The notes beneath the pieces were generated by a model. The model was not told the origin of the DNA and did no database searches. It was given only the letters and a program-made list of their open reading frames with translations. The position numbers and the translations under genes were made by a program. Shown here piece by piece: positions 13,094-27,133 of a stretch of DNA of 64,000 nucleotides (position 1 is its first letter; each line of letters starts with the position of its first letter). The DNA is from Paraspadella gotoi. Taxonomy: Eukaryota > Animalia > Chaetognatha. The stretch spans positions 21,403,045 to 21,467,044 of the forward strand of contig CM119264.1 in the NCBI GenBank assembly GCA_051294375.1. Reading direction: 5' to 3'.

Positions 13094-14087
13094 CAATCGA
13101 AAACCTTTGCGACCCGTGAGCTGGAAACAAGAAGTTTCTTTTGGTCTAATGGTATTTTATCCGAGCTCATCTAGGAATTTATCGATTTGCTTTTCTCTTT
13201 TCTCACTTCTCCATTTTGTTAATTATGACTCCCTTTCTCAAATTCTTCTCTCCGGATCATTCTTACTTTTCTCTTTCTTTTCCCGCCTCGATAAAAAAAA
13301 AGGCCGACGTCAAAGACCTTAGCACTTTTGGCGTCGATCGTGCGGCTGCATGAAGTCCAGGAATCGAAGGCGGCATCTGCGGTGGCGGCGCCGACGGCGA
13401 CGGCGCTCCCAGATGCGCCCGGCACCATCGGCCGGCGCCACCTCAACGCCGAGGTCGCGGGGTCAAAACCAGGTGCATCTTTCAGATCGCGAACTCACCG
13501 GAAGTCGGTTGGCGTCGGCGCCGCGATCCTCGACGTCACCTCCTCGCGACCTCAATCGACAATTCTGACTTTTCCCCACCGCAAATCCTTTTTCCGCGCC
13601 GAACCATGCTCTCTTCTTTTCTTTTCTTTTCTTTTCTTTTCTTTCTTTTTATTTTTTTTCTTTACTTTTCTTTTCTTTTTTTTTCTTTTCCTTCTTTTCT
13701 TTTCTTCTTAATTTTTTTTTTTATGCCTTTTTAACTTTTTCTTTTCTTTTCTTTTCTTCATATCCTTTTTTATTATGCCTAATTTAGCTTTTTTATCTTT
13801 GTCCACTTAATTTTTTACCACACAATTTGCATCCAAATTAAGGGAGCATTCATTTATTCTTTCAAGTTCCTGATAATTTGCGATGTTTTGAGAATCAAAC
13901 TCTTATTTTACCTTTTCAGTCACTGTTTTCTGAACAATCTGCCTTTTTCACTGTTTTATTAGTCATTTAGCCGTTCCATTTCTTTCCTTTTTCTCCCTCT
14001 CCGTTCAATGTTCCTGTCATCTTCTTTAATCGCTCTCTCTCTCTTCTCTCCTTCTCTCTCTCTCTCTTCTCTCTCTCTCTCCTCTCT

Positions 14088-14127
<40 letters not shown>

Positions 14128-14511
14128 CTCTCTCTCCTCTCTCTCTCCTCTCATTCCTCCATTCCGAGTCTGATTCTCCCTCCAAAGTCTCTGCGGGTGT
14201 TTTTAGCATTCCTCGTTTGCAACTCTCGAGGGGAGGATGGGCGTTGTTTATCTGGAAATGGGGACGGGGGGCGGCGCGGGATTGGGGCAAGGGGGAGTGC
14301 AGCAAGGGATGGCGAGGCGGAGCAATGAGAAAGCCAGCGAAAATCAATTAACAAATGAGAAAAATGTCGTTTAATCCGAAGGAAAACACGGAATTACTGG
14401 GTCGATTGGGTTTAATTTACCCTTTTTTTTGCCAGAAGGGTTTTTTTTCTTTTTTTTAGGTTGATGGATCCGCTTTTCAGGGGTCTTTTAATCGCTATTT
14501 TAAGAGAGAGA

Positions 14512-14560
<49 letters not shown>

Positions 14561-14574
14561 AAAAGAGAGAGAGA

Positions 14575-14609
<35 letters not shown>

Positions 14610-15029
14610 AGAGAGAGAAGAGAGAGAGGAGAGAGAGAGAAGAGAAGAGACAAGAGAGAGAGAGAGAGAGAGAGAGAGAAGAAAGAGAGAGAGAGAGAGA
14701 GAGGAGAGAGAGAAAGAGAGATAAGATAGAGAGAGAGGTAGAGAGAGAGAGCAGGAGAGAGAGAGAGAGAAGACGAGTTTTCCAAGAAAGGCCGATGCCC
14801 GGAATAAGAGAGAGAGAGACACTAAACCCCGGATGTTCTCGGAAGAAACGAAGAGTCGCGACTTTGATTAGGAAAAAGTTTGTATGCGTCGAATACTCGT
14901 TCAAGGGATGGCAAGAGTGGTTGGGGTCGATGGGTTGTAAAAGGGTGGCAAGAGAATATGTGGATATGTGATGGTTTTAGAAGGGGTGGTAGCCCGGTAA
15001 TATGACATAGAAATAGATTAGAAAGAATA

Positions 15030-15620
15030 GATTTTACCAGTTTTTATCTATTTTGCTACACATCAAGCATCTAACAGCGTGAGGATCTCGATAATGGATG
15101 AGCTTTTCATATATCCTTTTATCATACTCCACATTCTTTTTTCTGGCCATTAAAATTATTCTTAAGTTTCCTCTTGTTTTTCTTCCCGAAATGCACAACT
15201 CGTTTTTGTGTTCGCTATGACAGTGATCTGTGCAACTTTGCTGCTAACTCTTTTTAAATATTCCTTCTTGACGATTATATCTTTGCTTCTTCCTGCCGCC
15301 TCTATCTCTTATCAACTCTCTATATTATCCACCGTTTAATCTCTCGCTACGGATCTCACCACTAGATCCTTGCATTTCCCTACAGACAAGTTCAAGTTAC
15401 ACCTAGATATCACTATCCCTCACTTTAAACTGCGCTCTTCTTCAAAAATCACTCCTGCTTCGCACTACGGCACAATCTCACCCTCGTCCTCTCTTACTTC
15501 GCTCACCGCTCGTTCATACCATCCAGCTCACACGCTCTCGTCGCCTGACGCAATTCGGCGCCACGACTCACGTTCGATATAACACTCCATAGGCAAAAAA
15601 GTTACTCTTGTAAAGAAGAG
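15030..15620 (+). mobile_element. CR1/L2-like LINE 3' fragment (noisy duplicate of 17083-17620)
   Basis: Colinear with 17083-17620 but with many 1-bp indels. Confidence 0.5.
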
Positions 15621-15716
15621 AAGAATGCCGGCGAGGGTTATGTTTTAGGGATCGCCGAAAGTCTGCCTTCCGACTCGTTGTGCGCCCCCATTCTCCGCCC
15701 CCAGCGCCCCCTGCGG

Positions 15717-15741
15717 NNNNNNNNNNNNNNNNNNNNNNNNN
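15717..15741. other. Assembly gap (25 N)
   Basis: Run of N. Confidence 1.
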
Positions 15742-16686
15742 GTCCCTTCCGCAGACCGATCTAGGGCGGCATTTTGATTAGCCAAGTTTCTCTCGTCCGA
15801 TTGGTGTATGCTAATCTCCCGGGAATCATGGGGAGTCGCCATTTGCTGGCGCAACTTGCTCTGACTTCCTGGTTCGCGGACACGATGAAAGCGTGCAGAT
15901 GCGCGCGCGCCCGAAGGCTGAATCGGGGGTGAGTGCGGGGAGGCGAGAAGCTGGGCGAGAGGCCACGAAGCCGGGAGGCGAGTACTCGAATTCTATAGGG
16001 AGAGGAATAAACCAGGAAAATTAAGGGGAAAAGGTTAAGATAAAGTACTTCAAAAATTGCGTATAAACGCGCCGAGCGCGTCGTCATGCTGAGACGGAGT
16101 TGCCTCCAAGCCGGCCACGTGAGGGGAAATCTTGTGGCACTGAAAGGTGTGATAGAAGCGGAGAAGGAGACTTCAATCGCGACTCCGTCTTCAAAATCTA
16201 AAACTTACCACAGTAATGAGTAAGAAAGAACGTGCTTATTATCCGCAAGTATAAATCTGACGCTATATAACTAATCGTGAAATCGGGCTCGATTGGGTTT
16301 ACACGCTGTTAGCCGTCGCTATTTTTTTTTCGTCCGTAGCCGAAGGAGAAGAGGGTGGTATAGTTCTATTCTTTTTGTTTAGGTTTTGTATTTGGAGACT
16401 CCCCACGGTTCTGAGGGGTCTGTTTAATTTCGCGTATAATTATAGAGAGAGAGAGAAGAGTAGAGAGCAGCGATGCAATGCAAGAAGGGAGAGCGGAGAG
16501 AGAAGATAGAAAGACAAAGAGTAGGAAGATTCAGAAATGGAATAGTAGAGGTAGACGAAGAGAGAGAGACGAGACGAGGAGAGAGAGAGAGAGAGAGAGA
16601 GAAGAGAGAGAGAGAAAGGAGAGAGAGAGAGAGAGAAGAGAAGAGAGAGAGAAGAGCAGAGAAGAAGAGAGAAGAGAGAAGAAGAA

Positions 16687-16721
<35 letters not shown>

Positions 16722-17082
16722 AGAGAAGAAAGAGAGAGAGAGAGAAGAGAGGGAGAGAGAGAGAGAAGAGAGAAAGAAGAGAGAGAGCGGAGAGAGAGAG
16801 AAGAGAGAGAGAGAGGAGAGAGAACGACAGAGTTTTCTGCGCAAGTAAAAGGCCGGATGCCCGGAAATAAGGAGAGAGACAACAAACCGGATGTTCCTCG
16901 CGAAAAGCGAAGAGTCGCGACTTGATTAGAAAAAGATTTTATGCGTCGAAAATCTCGTTCAAAAGGGTGGCAAGAGTGGTTGGGGTCGATGGGGTTAAAA
17001 GGGTGGCAGAGAAATGTGGATATGTGATGGTTTGAAAAGGGTGGTAGCCCCGGAAATAGAATAGAATAGATTAGAAAGAATA

Positions 17083-17620
17083 GATTTTACCAGTTTTATC
17101 TATTTTGCTACAACATCACACGCGTGAGGATCTCGATAATGGATGAGCTTTTCATATCCTTTTATCATACTCACATTTTTTTTCTGCCCATAATTAATTA
17201 TTCTTGTTTCCTCTTGTTTTTCCTTCCCGAATGCAAACTCGTTTGTGTCGCTTACGTGATCTGTGCAACTTTTGCTGCTAATCTTTTTAAATTTCCTCTT
17301 GACGATTATTATCTTTCTTCTTTCTCTCGCCTCTATCTCTATCAATCTCTATATTATACACCTTTATCTCTAGCCTACGGATTCCACCCTAGATCCTTGC
17401 ATTTCCTACCAATTCAAGTACATCTTGATATCATATCCTCACTTTTAACTGGCTCTTCTTCAAAAATCCTTCCTGCTTCGCACACGCACAATCCTCACCC
17501 TCTCCTCTCTTCTCGCTCACCCTCTTCATACCATCACTCACCCTCTCGTCGCCTGGACGCATTCGTCCCACGAACTCACTCGATAAAACTCCATAGGAAA
17601 AAATTACTCTTGTAAAGAAG
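17083..17620 (+). mobile_element. CR1/L2-like LINE ORF2 3' fragment (frameshifted)
   Basis: Pieces translate as LFISFYHTHI..LPIINYSCFL. Combining both copies gives roughly HFNLRSSSKI..RT, resembling the H-x-(Y/F)-N-(T/L)-R and P-x-x-R-T tail motifs of CR1/L2 ORF2. Confidence 0.5.
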
Positions 17621-18757
17621 AGAAGAGCGGGCGAGGGTTATTTTTAGGGTCGCGAGTCGCTTCCGCCTCTGGTCGCCCATCTCCGCCCCCAGCGCCCCCT
17701 GCGCCCCTTGCTCAATCGTCTTCTCTCCATTTTCTTTTCTTGCTTTTTTTTTAAACCTTTTTTTTCCTTTTTTACTTCTCTTTCCTTATCCTTCTTTTCC
17801 TTATTCTTTTCATTTCCCAAACTCCACTGCCTTTTAATCGTAATCTTATTTATGTCTACTGAACATTGTTCAATTTGTCCAGGGTCCCGCACGTTCTCGA
17901 TATCCCTCTACTTCCTCCTCCAATTTTCTCTACTCTTCACTTCTTTTGGCATTCCTCCCATTTCACGCTGTTGAAAGGCGTCATTTCGTCACCCGACAGG
18001 GAAATTCCTGGTGGTGATCCATTCCCGCCTTCAGTCACAGAAACTCTTTTCCCTTGCTCCTACAAAACCAAGAAGAGCAAGATCGTATTCAAAGATCCTG
18101 CACCCTGCTCCAACAGTCCGTTGACCTTCCTCTTTGCTCTCATAACCCCCTCTTACCCCTCTTACCCCTCACCCCCCACACTCCCTCGCCCCCCGATCCC
18201 ATCCTGACCGGCGCCGGAAGTCATCGCCCCTTAATCGAGGGGCCGCAGACGACGACAACGACGAAGATGAGGCGTCGAACGGTTTATGGGAAACGTTGTC
18301 GAGAAAGAAAAAAACTTTCTGCTAAAATTAGCGCGAAAATAAACAACTTTTCGGTCTTGTGTGTGTGATGTGTGTGTTTTTCTTTTGTGCTGGCGTCTGG
18401 ATCCTTTTTCTCATTTTTTTTTTTCACTCGGCTTTTTCTTTTATTTTCTTTTTTTTTTCTTCTTTTTTAGGTTCTGTTCCCTTTTTTTTTCGATCGAGTT
18501 TGGTTCCAACGCCGAGAGTCTGATTGAAAGTGAAGCTGGTCTGGCAACGAAGGGACTTTTCTTTTTATGCCATAGTATCTATGGATGGAAGGGAGAATAT
18601 CGCCACCGCTTCTTTTTTCTTTTCCTTTATTTTTCTTTTAGTTTCTTTTTTTTCCTCCGCCGCTGGTTGTTGTTCCTTTTTTTGCATTTCTTTCGGTTAT
18701 CTCTCGCTCTTCTGCGTTGCGCATTTTTTAAACTGGGACTTTTTTTATTTTTTTGTT

Positions 18758-18860
<103 letters not shown>

Positions 18861-21222
18861 AGTTTTTTCTGGCAATGCAAAAAAAAAATTCAGTGGGAAA
18901 ATTTTAATAAAGGCGGCGAGGCGGTGAATCTTTGATGCGCGGCGTCGGAGTGGGCGTTGTCGTCGTCGTCGTCATCTTCGTCGTCGTCATCTTCGTCGTC
19001 GTCCGTGTCGTCAGAAAATTGGAATTTAATTATGCAAAAATTTTGAAAGCCGCATCGGGGCTGACAATGCGCGCAAGGTTAATGAAGTGGAAACCAGGGG
19101 ATGAATCTCTCTCTCTCTCTCTCTATCTCTCCCTTTCTCTCTTTTTCTCTTTCTTTCTTTTTCTTTCTCATAATAAAGCACCTTTTTCCCTTTTGTTAAA
19201 TCTTATCGTCAGTTGATCTGTAGCGTAGCCAAGAGGCTAAAACTAGAAAGCTAGACATTTGTAATGGTTCAGGCCAAGGTTTTTTTTTGTTATTTGTTTT
19301 TTGCAAGTAAATTTCATCGTTTATAGCGTCGGCAGCTGGGTTGATAAAACCGCCTCGAAACTAGGTCAAAGCGCTGAATATAAAAAGTTTTAAATGAGGA
19401 AAATTGAGATCGAAATTATTTATAATTAACAAATACGTGAATAAATAAACAAATATGGATAAATAACAAAAATCGAGTTACGTATACTTTATATCAACTT
19501 CTTAAAGCGAACCAACTGACTGATTAAAAAGGTTTTTATCAAGTGACAGTTGGTAGCGATTAAAATGAAAAGAAATATGAAGAAAAGCAAACGAATAAGA
19601 AAAATATGCGACGGAGAGAAGGTTTTAATGTGTTGCATTTCTGATGAGCGAAAAGCCAGAGGTAAAAACTTCACTTTACTTCAGTTCCCTCTGGCTGGCC
19701 TGTCAACCTTTTCATTCTATGGTCTTCTATTGTTTCTTGGCAACATTTTTGTTGTAACAATGTAAGTATTCTAACGGACAGGACATCCTGGGCCCTCGTT
19801 ACTGACACCTAAAGTGGTAGCTTTACCTCCTTCTAATGAAATAAATACGATAAATAAATAACTTTCTGAATGGAATGCAAATAAAAACACGTGAAATCTG
19901 CAAAACCAACAAAATTACCTTGAATCGCCGTGAGGCCACTTTCCTCCCTTTTTTTCCTCCACCAGTTCGGTTTTTTGAATAATAAATCCCAAATTTTTTT
20001 GACAGCCTCTAATAAATAATCGAATTTAAAAATGAGAATGAGAATAATAAACGAAGAAAAACCGAAGAAACAAATCGATAACACAAGAAGATTTTCTGCC
20101 TCTTTGTAGACATATTTGTAAACATAATTAAGACTCTTATTAGTCTAGGTCGAGTTGTTTAATTCTTGAATGCATGGAAGCAATTGAAAAATGATAAAGA
20201 CGATTAATCTCATTGTAACTTGTTTGATTCCAACTCCGAACCGAAAGGGGTGCTTCTTTTATCGCTTTAGGGACCGTTTTTAATACGTACACTCTCTCTC
20301 TCTCTCTCTCTTATCCTTTTCTTATTGAACTTCTATCCTCGTATTAATTGCCCTCAAGGCCTTCCACCCTTTCATTGATTACATGAAACATGTGGGTTTA
20401 AACAAACCCTTTCGTGCTTTACCTGGTTTAAACCCACTGTCATGGGTGGGTTCCGGCGTCGCGTCCGCTCTCTGCCTTCGCTCGGGGTCGCTCGCCCTTT
20501 CGCGCATCGCCGGGTTGTTCAGTGGGATGGAGGTTCGCTCCGTCTCCATCATCCTCTCTCATCCACACCTCGTCCCCGCTCCCCCCTCCTCTCTCTCGCT
20601 CTCTCACGATTCTCTCTCCGAGGCTCCACCTCTCTCTCTCAATCCCGCTCGCGTCCTCTCCGTCGCGTTCTCGTCGGTCCTTGCTTCTCTCATCTCCTAT
20701 CTCTCTCTCTCTCTCTGCTTCTCGATCTCTCTCCTCTCTTTCTCCCTCGCTACCGGCTCTTTCTCTCTCTCTCTCTCACTCTTTTTCTCTTTCCGCGGGG
20801 CTTAATGATTCTTCTATCATTGAATTTTCCCTTATTTATTACGGTGGCTTTGAATTCCTCCTTCGTTTTGTCTCCTTTAAGAGGAGAGAGAAGCAGTAAA
20901 TTCGACGCTTCAAATCTTCTTTCCGGGAAACTCGGGTGATTTTGCCTTTAATTACAGTTTCACCTTTGGTAATTGTTAAAAGAGGACAGAAAGAGAAAAA
21001 GGAGACGAAAGAAGTGAATATTTCCAATTCGATGTGTGGTTAAGGATATATTTTTGTGGATAACTGTCCTTAATAATAGTTGTTTTGTCGTGAAACAACG
21101 CATAATATCTATTAAAAATGGTGTATATCAATGATCAAAATGAAAAGAAAAAAAAGAATATGTCACTTATTGACGATGAACTTTAAAATTATAGTAGAAA
21201 GAGATAGATAAAGAGAGATAGA

Positions 21223-21479
21223 NNNNNNNNNNNNNNNNNNNNNNNNNNNNNNNNNNNNNNNNNNNNNNNNNNNNNNNNNNNNNNNNNNNNNNNNNNNNNN
21301 NNNNNNNNNNNNNNNNNNNNNNNNNNNNNNNNNNNNNNNNNNNNNNNNNNNNNNNNNNNNNNNNNNNNNNNNNNNNNNNNNNNNNNNNNNNNNNNNNNNN
21401 NNNNNNNNNNNNNNNNNNNNNNNNNNNNNNNNNNNNNNNNNNNNNNNNNNNNNNNNNNNNNNNNNNNNNNNNNNNNNNN
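21223..21479. other. Assembly gap inside a (GA)n tract
   Basis: Run of N flanked by GA repeats. Confidence 1.
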
Positions 21480-22543
21480 GAGAGAGAGAGAGAGAAACAG
21501 ACAGACAGAGAGAGAGAGAAAGAGAGGCAAACAGTTTATAACAGGGGTCAGCAACGTGCCTTCGGAATCCCGGCCGGCACGAGAGAAGCGCGTCCGTTAA
21601 CGATTGTTTGGACGCGAGCCTGAAAATGTCACCCGGCTTTTCCTCAACACAGATCGTCCATGTTTTTGCCAGGCGATGACATAACTCCGCCTCATAGGAC
21701 ATCGAGCATTTTTTCACGCGGAAAAAAAAGTTATGCGATATTAGTTGAAATTAAATCCATTACAAAATTATGAAATTAAATCACGAATCTTAATATTTTA
21801 TAAAACTATAAGTTATAACATTCCATTTGTATAACATATCTTTCGCCTTTCGTATTTCCTCACTAGAGGGGGGTCCAACCGCAAACGCGTGAGCCAAGAA
21901 CAGAACATAAATACGTCAGAGGAAATGTTGAGCCTTCCTCCTTTTTTTTAATAGAATCTCCACTCTCCTCTTATCGGTTTTTTGACACAATGAAAAATAA
22001 CGTGGCGAACAGTCTCGTGCTGATTTTGTCCCTTAAAATTGTTTCTGAGCCAATTAATGATCATTACTTTGGTAAATGTGCGATATACACTACTGGACAT
22101 TACTGTATCTGACCATAAACCCTTGACCATCAACAAAAAAGCTAACTAGATCAAAAAATAGTAAAAAAGATGAAGCAAATAGCTCAAAAACGCTACAAAA
22201 TTTTAAACCATTGCTTTATAAATGCAAAAAAATATTATATTAATTAAAAACAGAAACTTAACGATAACCTAATAGTTAACCCGAGACCAAGATGAATATT
22301 TTTTCCCATCATTTCTCAATTTAGATGAATCATTTATTTGTAATTAGTTCATTAATCTAAATAACAATATGACAAATTATTTCAATTTTTTATGAATAGG
22401 AAGTTTCTCGCTTACTCCCCTTTGTGTCTAATTATTTAATATTTCCAAGGTATTTTCAAAAACCTATATAATTACTATATTTTTCACTTTTTTTTCATTT
22501 CTTTCAACCAAAAACACATCATAAAAACATTTAATTAATAAAA

Positions 22544-23544
22544 AACAAGTTGAGCAAAACAATGTCGGATCTGCCTACGATAATTTAATTAATTAATTGA
22601 TTAATTTAATTAATATATTAATTAATTATAAATAGATTAATTATTAATAATTAATAGATTAATAATTTATATCAGCTTGTCTACATCGATGTCCTTAAAA
22701 TTGAGTTCAGGAAGTTATTAAATGTTTTGTTTACATTTTATCAAACAAACCAAATATCCTCTATTATGACCAGGCGGCAAGCCCTCCTGTCTAGATATTT
22801 TTTCGGTTTAGCTTTCGGTCTCGCTTTTTTGAATCATGGCTTCTGAAAGTGTGAATCATAGGAGGTGAATTTTCATATATGGCTTCTAAATCATCAAATC
22901 TTTAAAATTCTATGTTTCCATATCAATATTGTATTTGTTAATGTTTATTTACAAACAAAACGTTTTTAATTATATGTCGCTCTCTCTCTCTCTCTTTTTC
23001 TCCGTCACTGCTTATTTCTAAAAACGAGTTCCGGCTCTGCAGCGTCTGCCAGCTTCTTTCTCTCTCTCTCTCTCGCTCTCTCTTTTTTTTTTACAAAAAA
23101 TTTTTAGATTTATAATGTGGTTCACTAATGGTAAAACGATGCCGCGAAACAGGGCGCGAACCGGGTCCTTTGGTAGAGTATTAGCTCAATGCTACGTGCG
23201 GCGCCTAAGTACTGCCTGAGATTCTTTAACCGAGTAAAAGGGGCTGTAGAGCTTCTCTCTTCTCTCTCTCTTTTAATTATATTATCGCTCTTTTCTCTTT
23301 CTCTTTTCTCTGCAGGCGGCTGTCTCTCTCCTCTCTCTTTTTCTCCTCTCCTCTGTCCTTCTGTCTTCTGGTTGTGTTGTCCCTATTCGTCGATCTTTTG
23401 CGTGAAATCGTTTGTTTTTGAAAAATTCTGGATTATTTTTTTCCTTCTTAAAAACTTTTTATCTATTCGCCATTTATTTCCGCGCTTTTTTCTCAATACA
23501 AAATCCCTTATTTTCATCCGACGATTTTCGTGGATTATTCTCTT

Positions 23545-23582
<38 letters not shown>

Positions 23583-24006
23583 TTCCTCCCCTCTCTTCTC
23601 TCTCTCTCTCTCTCCTCTTTCTCTCTCTCTCTCTTTCATCATACCGCATTTGTTTGTTTTAATTGACTATCATCGCATCAAATGATGACCAATCATCGAA
23701 ATCAATGAATGACAATCATCGCATCACTGAATGATATCATCACAGCAGTGAATGACTATCATCGCATCAAATAATGTGATTATCAACGAATCATAATCAA
23801 TTCCTATTACATCAATAAATTATTTACATCAATCATATTAGTATGTACCTCAATCAATTATAGTACAATCAAACATTCGTTTATCGCATGATTCATTCGT
23901 TTTTTCCCGGTTTTTTTCATTTAATTTTCTATGATAGTGGGCTCTGGCTCGACTTGAGTTCTATTTAAGATTGTTTTTATTTTATGTCTCCTTTCTCTCT
24001 CTCCTC

Positions 24007-24045
<39 letters not shown>

Positions 24046-25210
24046 ATCTCTCTCTCTTTTTTTGCAATAGCGACGTCCTATGCTTTAAGATTTTTTTAAC
24101 TTGCATCATTTTTCAACTTGATAATTTTTTTCAAACTTGCATTCCGCTCAAACTTTATATCTAGCTTCTTCACTCACTTTCCTACCGGCTCACAAACTTT
24201 CATCTCAATCTATCATGGGTAAAATAAATAAAAAGATTCAAGTTTAAATGGTGACTCATATTTTTTTCATTTTTAAACTCATTCAACTGGTACTTTCCAC
24301 TGAACTTTATATCAAGCTTCGCATTACGTTTTGCTACCCCACAACAAAATTTCAATCAATCTTATCCATCCAATTATGATTAATTGGAGTATTTATTGGG
24401 TTAAAATAAGTAAAAAGATTTTAGTAAATTCGACTTGTTTTTTTCCATTTAACTAATTTCCACTCAACGATTCCATGAAATTTTTATCCACTTATCACAC
24501 ACTTTCCTACCCACACAAAGTTTATTCCAATCCAACCAGCCAATCACGAGTTATTGAGCTTTTGGGCTAAGATGGGACGGGATACGGATTGCTATGACAA
24601 TAATTAATTATTGATTAATTTATTACGGAATTGATAATTAACTGATTATTATTTGCATTGATTAATACATCCTGCGATACATTCAATATAAAAGGAAAAA
24701 GAAGCATAATCATTAGTAAACAGTTTTTTGTTTTTTCCATTTAAACTCATTTCCACTCAACTATTCCATCGAAACTTGATTTCTGTTCAATCACACATTT
24801 CCTACCCACATACAAAATCCAGTCAGCAGCCCACCTCATGAGCAATTGGTGTTCACAATGTGAATATATTTTTTTGTTTTTGTCAATTTAACTGCATTTC
24901 CACTCGGACGATTCCATCGAAATTAATATCCAGTCAATCACACACCTTACCTATCCACAACAAATTTCATTATAAAATCCATCCATCCAATCACGAGTAT
25001 ATGTTTTTGCTAAGGTGGGCGGACGGACGGAGGACGACAACAGACGGACGACGGACATCATTTTTTTTGCATATTTATCATTAATTCGATGTTCTGACAT
25101 GATAAGTGTGTGCCCGGACATTTAGGGGCGGACCGACGGACCGAAAAAGTGAGTTTTAAAAAGTGAGTTATAGAGGTCGGGATCTGCTGATAAAGCAGAT
25201 TCCGACTAAA
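22544..25210 (-). mobile_element. HINE family A composite copy with expanded internal repeats and a nested family B piece
   Basis: AACAAGTTGAG...GTCGGATCTGCC at 22544-22575; several units of about 150 bp at 24100-25000; (GGAC)n at 25020-25056; terminal GTCGGGATCTGC...GCAGATTCCGACTAAA at 25176-25210. Confidence 0.7.
22780..23978 (+). mobile_element. HINE family B copy (noisy), nested in family A
   Basis: Shares TTTTGAAAAATTCT...CAATACAAAATCCC blocks, the 22-bp minisatellite (23665-23900) and the GGCTCGA...TTTAAGATTGTTTTT end with 58661-60747. Confidence 0.55.
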
Positions 25211-27057
25211 ATTGATTGAATGATTATTTTGGGAAAAAATATTTTGAAATGAGAATAATGGATTATGAGTCAGGAAAAAAATTTGCAATTGCTAAAAAAT
25301 CAGCCTCTAGCCTTTCGATTTTTCTAGAGGCTGATTTTTTTATTTTTTGATATTTGATTTCTATGCAAAACCATTAATTCTCATGAGCAGGCGGACAAAA
25401 TTTTTTTCAAACAATTTGGAAAAAATTTCAAACTTTTCTAATTGCTTTGTTTGGGGGAAATAAATAAATAATGTATTATACTGATGAGGTACATTGAAAT
25501 GATATTTTCTAAATGACAAAAAAATTTTCTTCAAGTTTTATTTTTAAATTTAAGTATTGTTACATAGAAATAAGTGAGATACTCCCGCTTTGCCCGAAAT
25601 TTTTTATTTAACAAAGATTTGTACTGCGTAATTTAAAAAAAGTTATTTTTTAAATAACTTTTGAAGAAAGAGGTAGCAAGGGTGGATGGGTATCAAATTA
25701 AAGCCCTAATCATGGGACACCTTTCTAAAAGAGTTTTATTAATTAAATCCATAAATCTTTACACAGCTTTTTTTTATCAGAGTTAAAAGTATAACAGTTT
25801 TTGGCTTTAAAAATTTTAATGAAGCATATAAATTTTTTTTTCTTTTTCTTTGTAATTTGAAAAAGGAAAGACTGAATTACATTTTGTTTATTATTAAATT
25901 TTTTTTATTCCATAAAATGGCTTATATTTTTCAGTTAAAGTAAAAAACAAGCAAAAATTTATGTTGTAGCTTGATAAAATGCATTTTTAAATATTAAAAA
26001 TGATAAATACAAAAATGTTTTCAGCTTGTATAAATAGTCTGGACATCTACCTTCTTGTCTGTAAAAAAAAATCGTCATTTTTTTCATTATCTTTAACTGC
26101 AAACTAAAGCTTGAACACTGCTTGTTTATCATAATAAAGTTGTAAAAAAGCAAAACATCATTGTGTTAAATTGTATTGATAATTTTTTTTTAAATATAGC
26201 AAGGAATTTAATTCTATTATTTATCATCCATTTTAATTAAAAAAAAAATATTTCTCGTAATAGCCCATTGGAAAGGTTCATTGACTGTGCTTATGATAAA
26301 ATTATTTAGATTTCTTTACTGCCCCTATTTCACAAGATATAAAAGGTTAGGTTATCATGTCAATAAGTCCAGATTATCTGTACCTTTCTGCAACCTGCAT
26401 TCTAAATTTTCATTTTTTTCCCTTTCAAATGTATTAAATAAAAAAAAATTATTTGAGAGAACAATCGGTGTGGAGGATGCCATTGGTAAGCCTTAGTTAC
26501 CCCACTTCCGATCGAATTTTAAATGAGGTTTTTTTTCCATCAATTTAAGATAAACTCTAACTATTAGTACTATTATTTTTTTTATTTTTTTCTATTAGAG
26601 TTCTATGAATAAATGGAATAAGTAACTTTTTTAAAAAATTTATACATCTTTCACCCTATATTCAGTCATATCTAAAAACAAAAAAAGATTTTGCATTGAT
26701 ATTTTAGATATCAACATATGAAACTATAACTCTTAAAAAATAAAAAAAATATAAATAATATTGGAACAGTGAATTTTTTTTATGACACGGAACGTTACGG
26801 CCATTTTTATTGTGTCTTATGTCCTTCACTTCCCCCTCCCCCTCCGTCTCGCCCCTCTACCGAGACCGATCATTCTATTCCCCCCCCCGTATTCCTCCCT
26901 TCTAATTTTTTTACTCTGTATCGTCGGCGTCCGGTATTTTCTCGCTCGAGGAAACTGCCTTGTAAACAATAGAAAGGGGGAGGCATCCGAGTGACAACAG
27001 AAAAAATGAAGATTAAAAAGTAAACGCTTCTGTTTTATTATAAAAGTCGGGATTGAC

Positions 27058-27133
<76 letters not shown>

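Noticed and set aside
19685-19767. Possible short exon (CAG ... GTAAGT) encoding a hydrophobic peptide
   Set aside because: No partner exons or recognisable motif; such signals arise by chance.
21542-21600. hAT-like terminus CAGGGGTCAGCAAC
   Set aside because: No matching opposite TIR or 8-bp TSD was found, and it is next to a gap in noisy sequence.
25295-25340. 17-bp inverted repeat followed by T run, resembling an intrinsic terminator
   Set aside because: The context is eukaryotic. It is more likely a hairpin inside an unclassified AT-rich DNA element.
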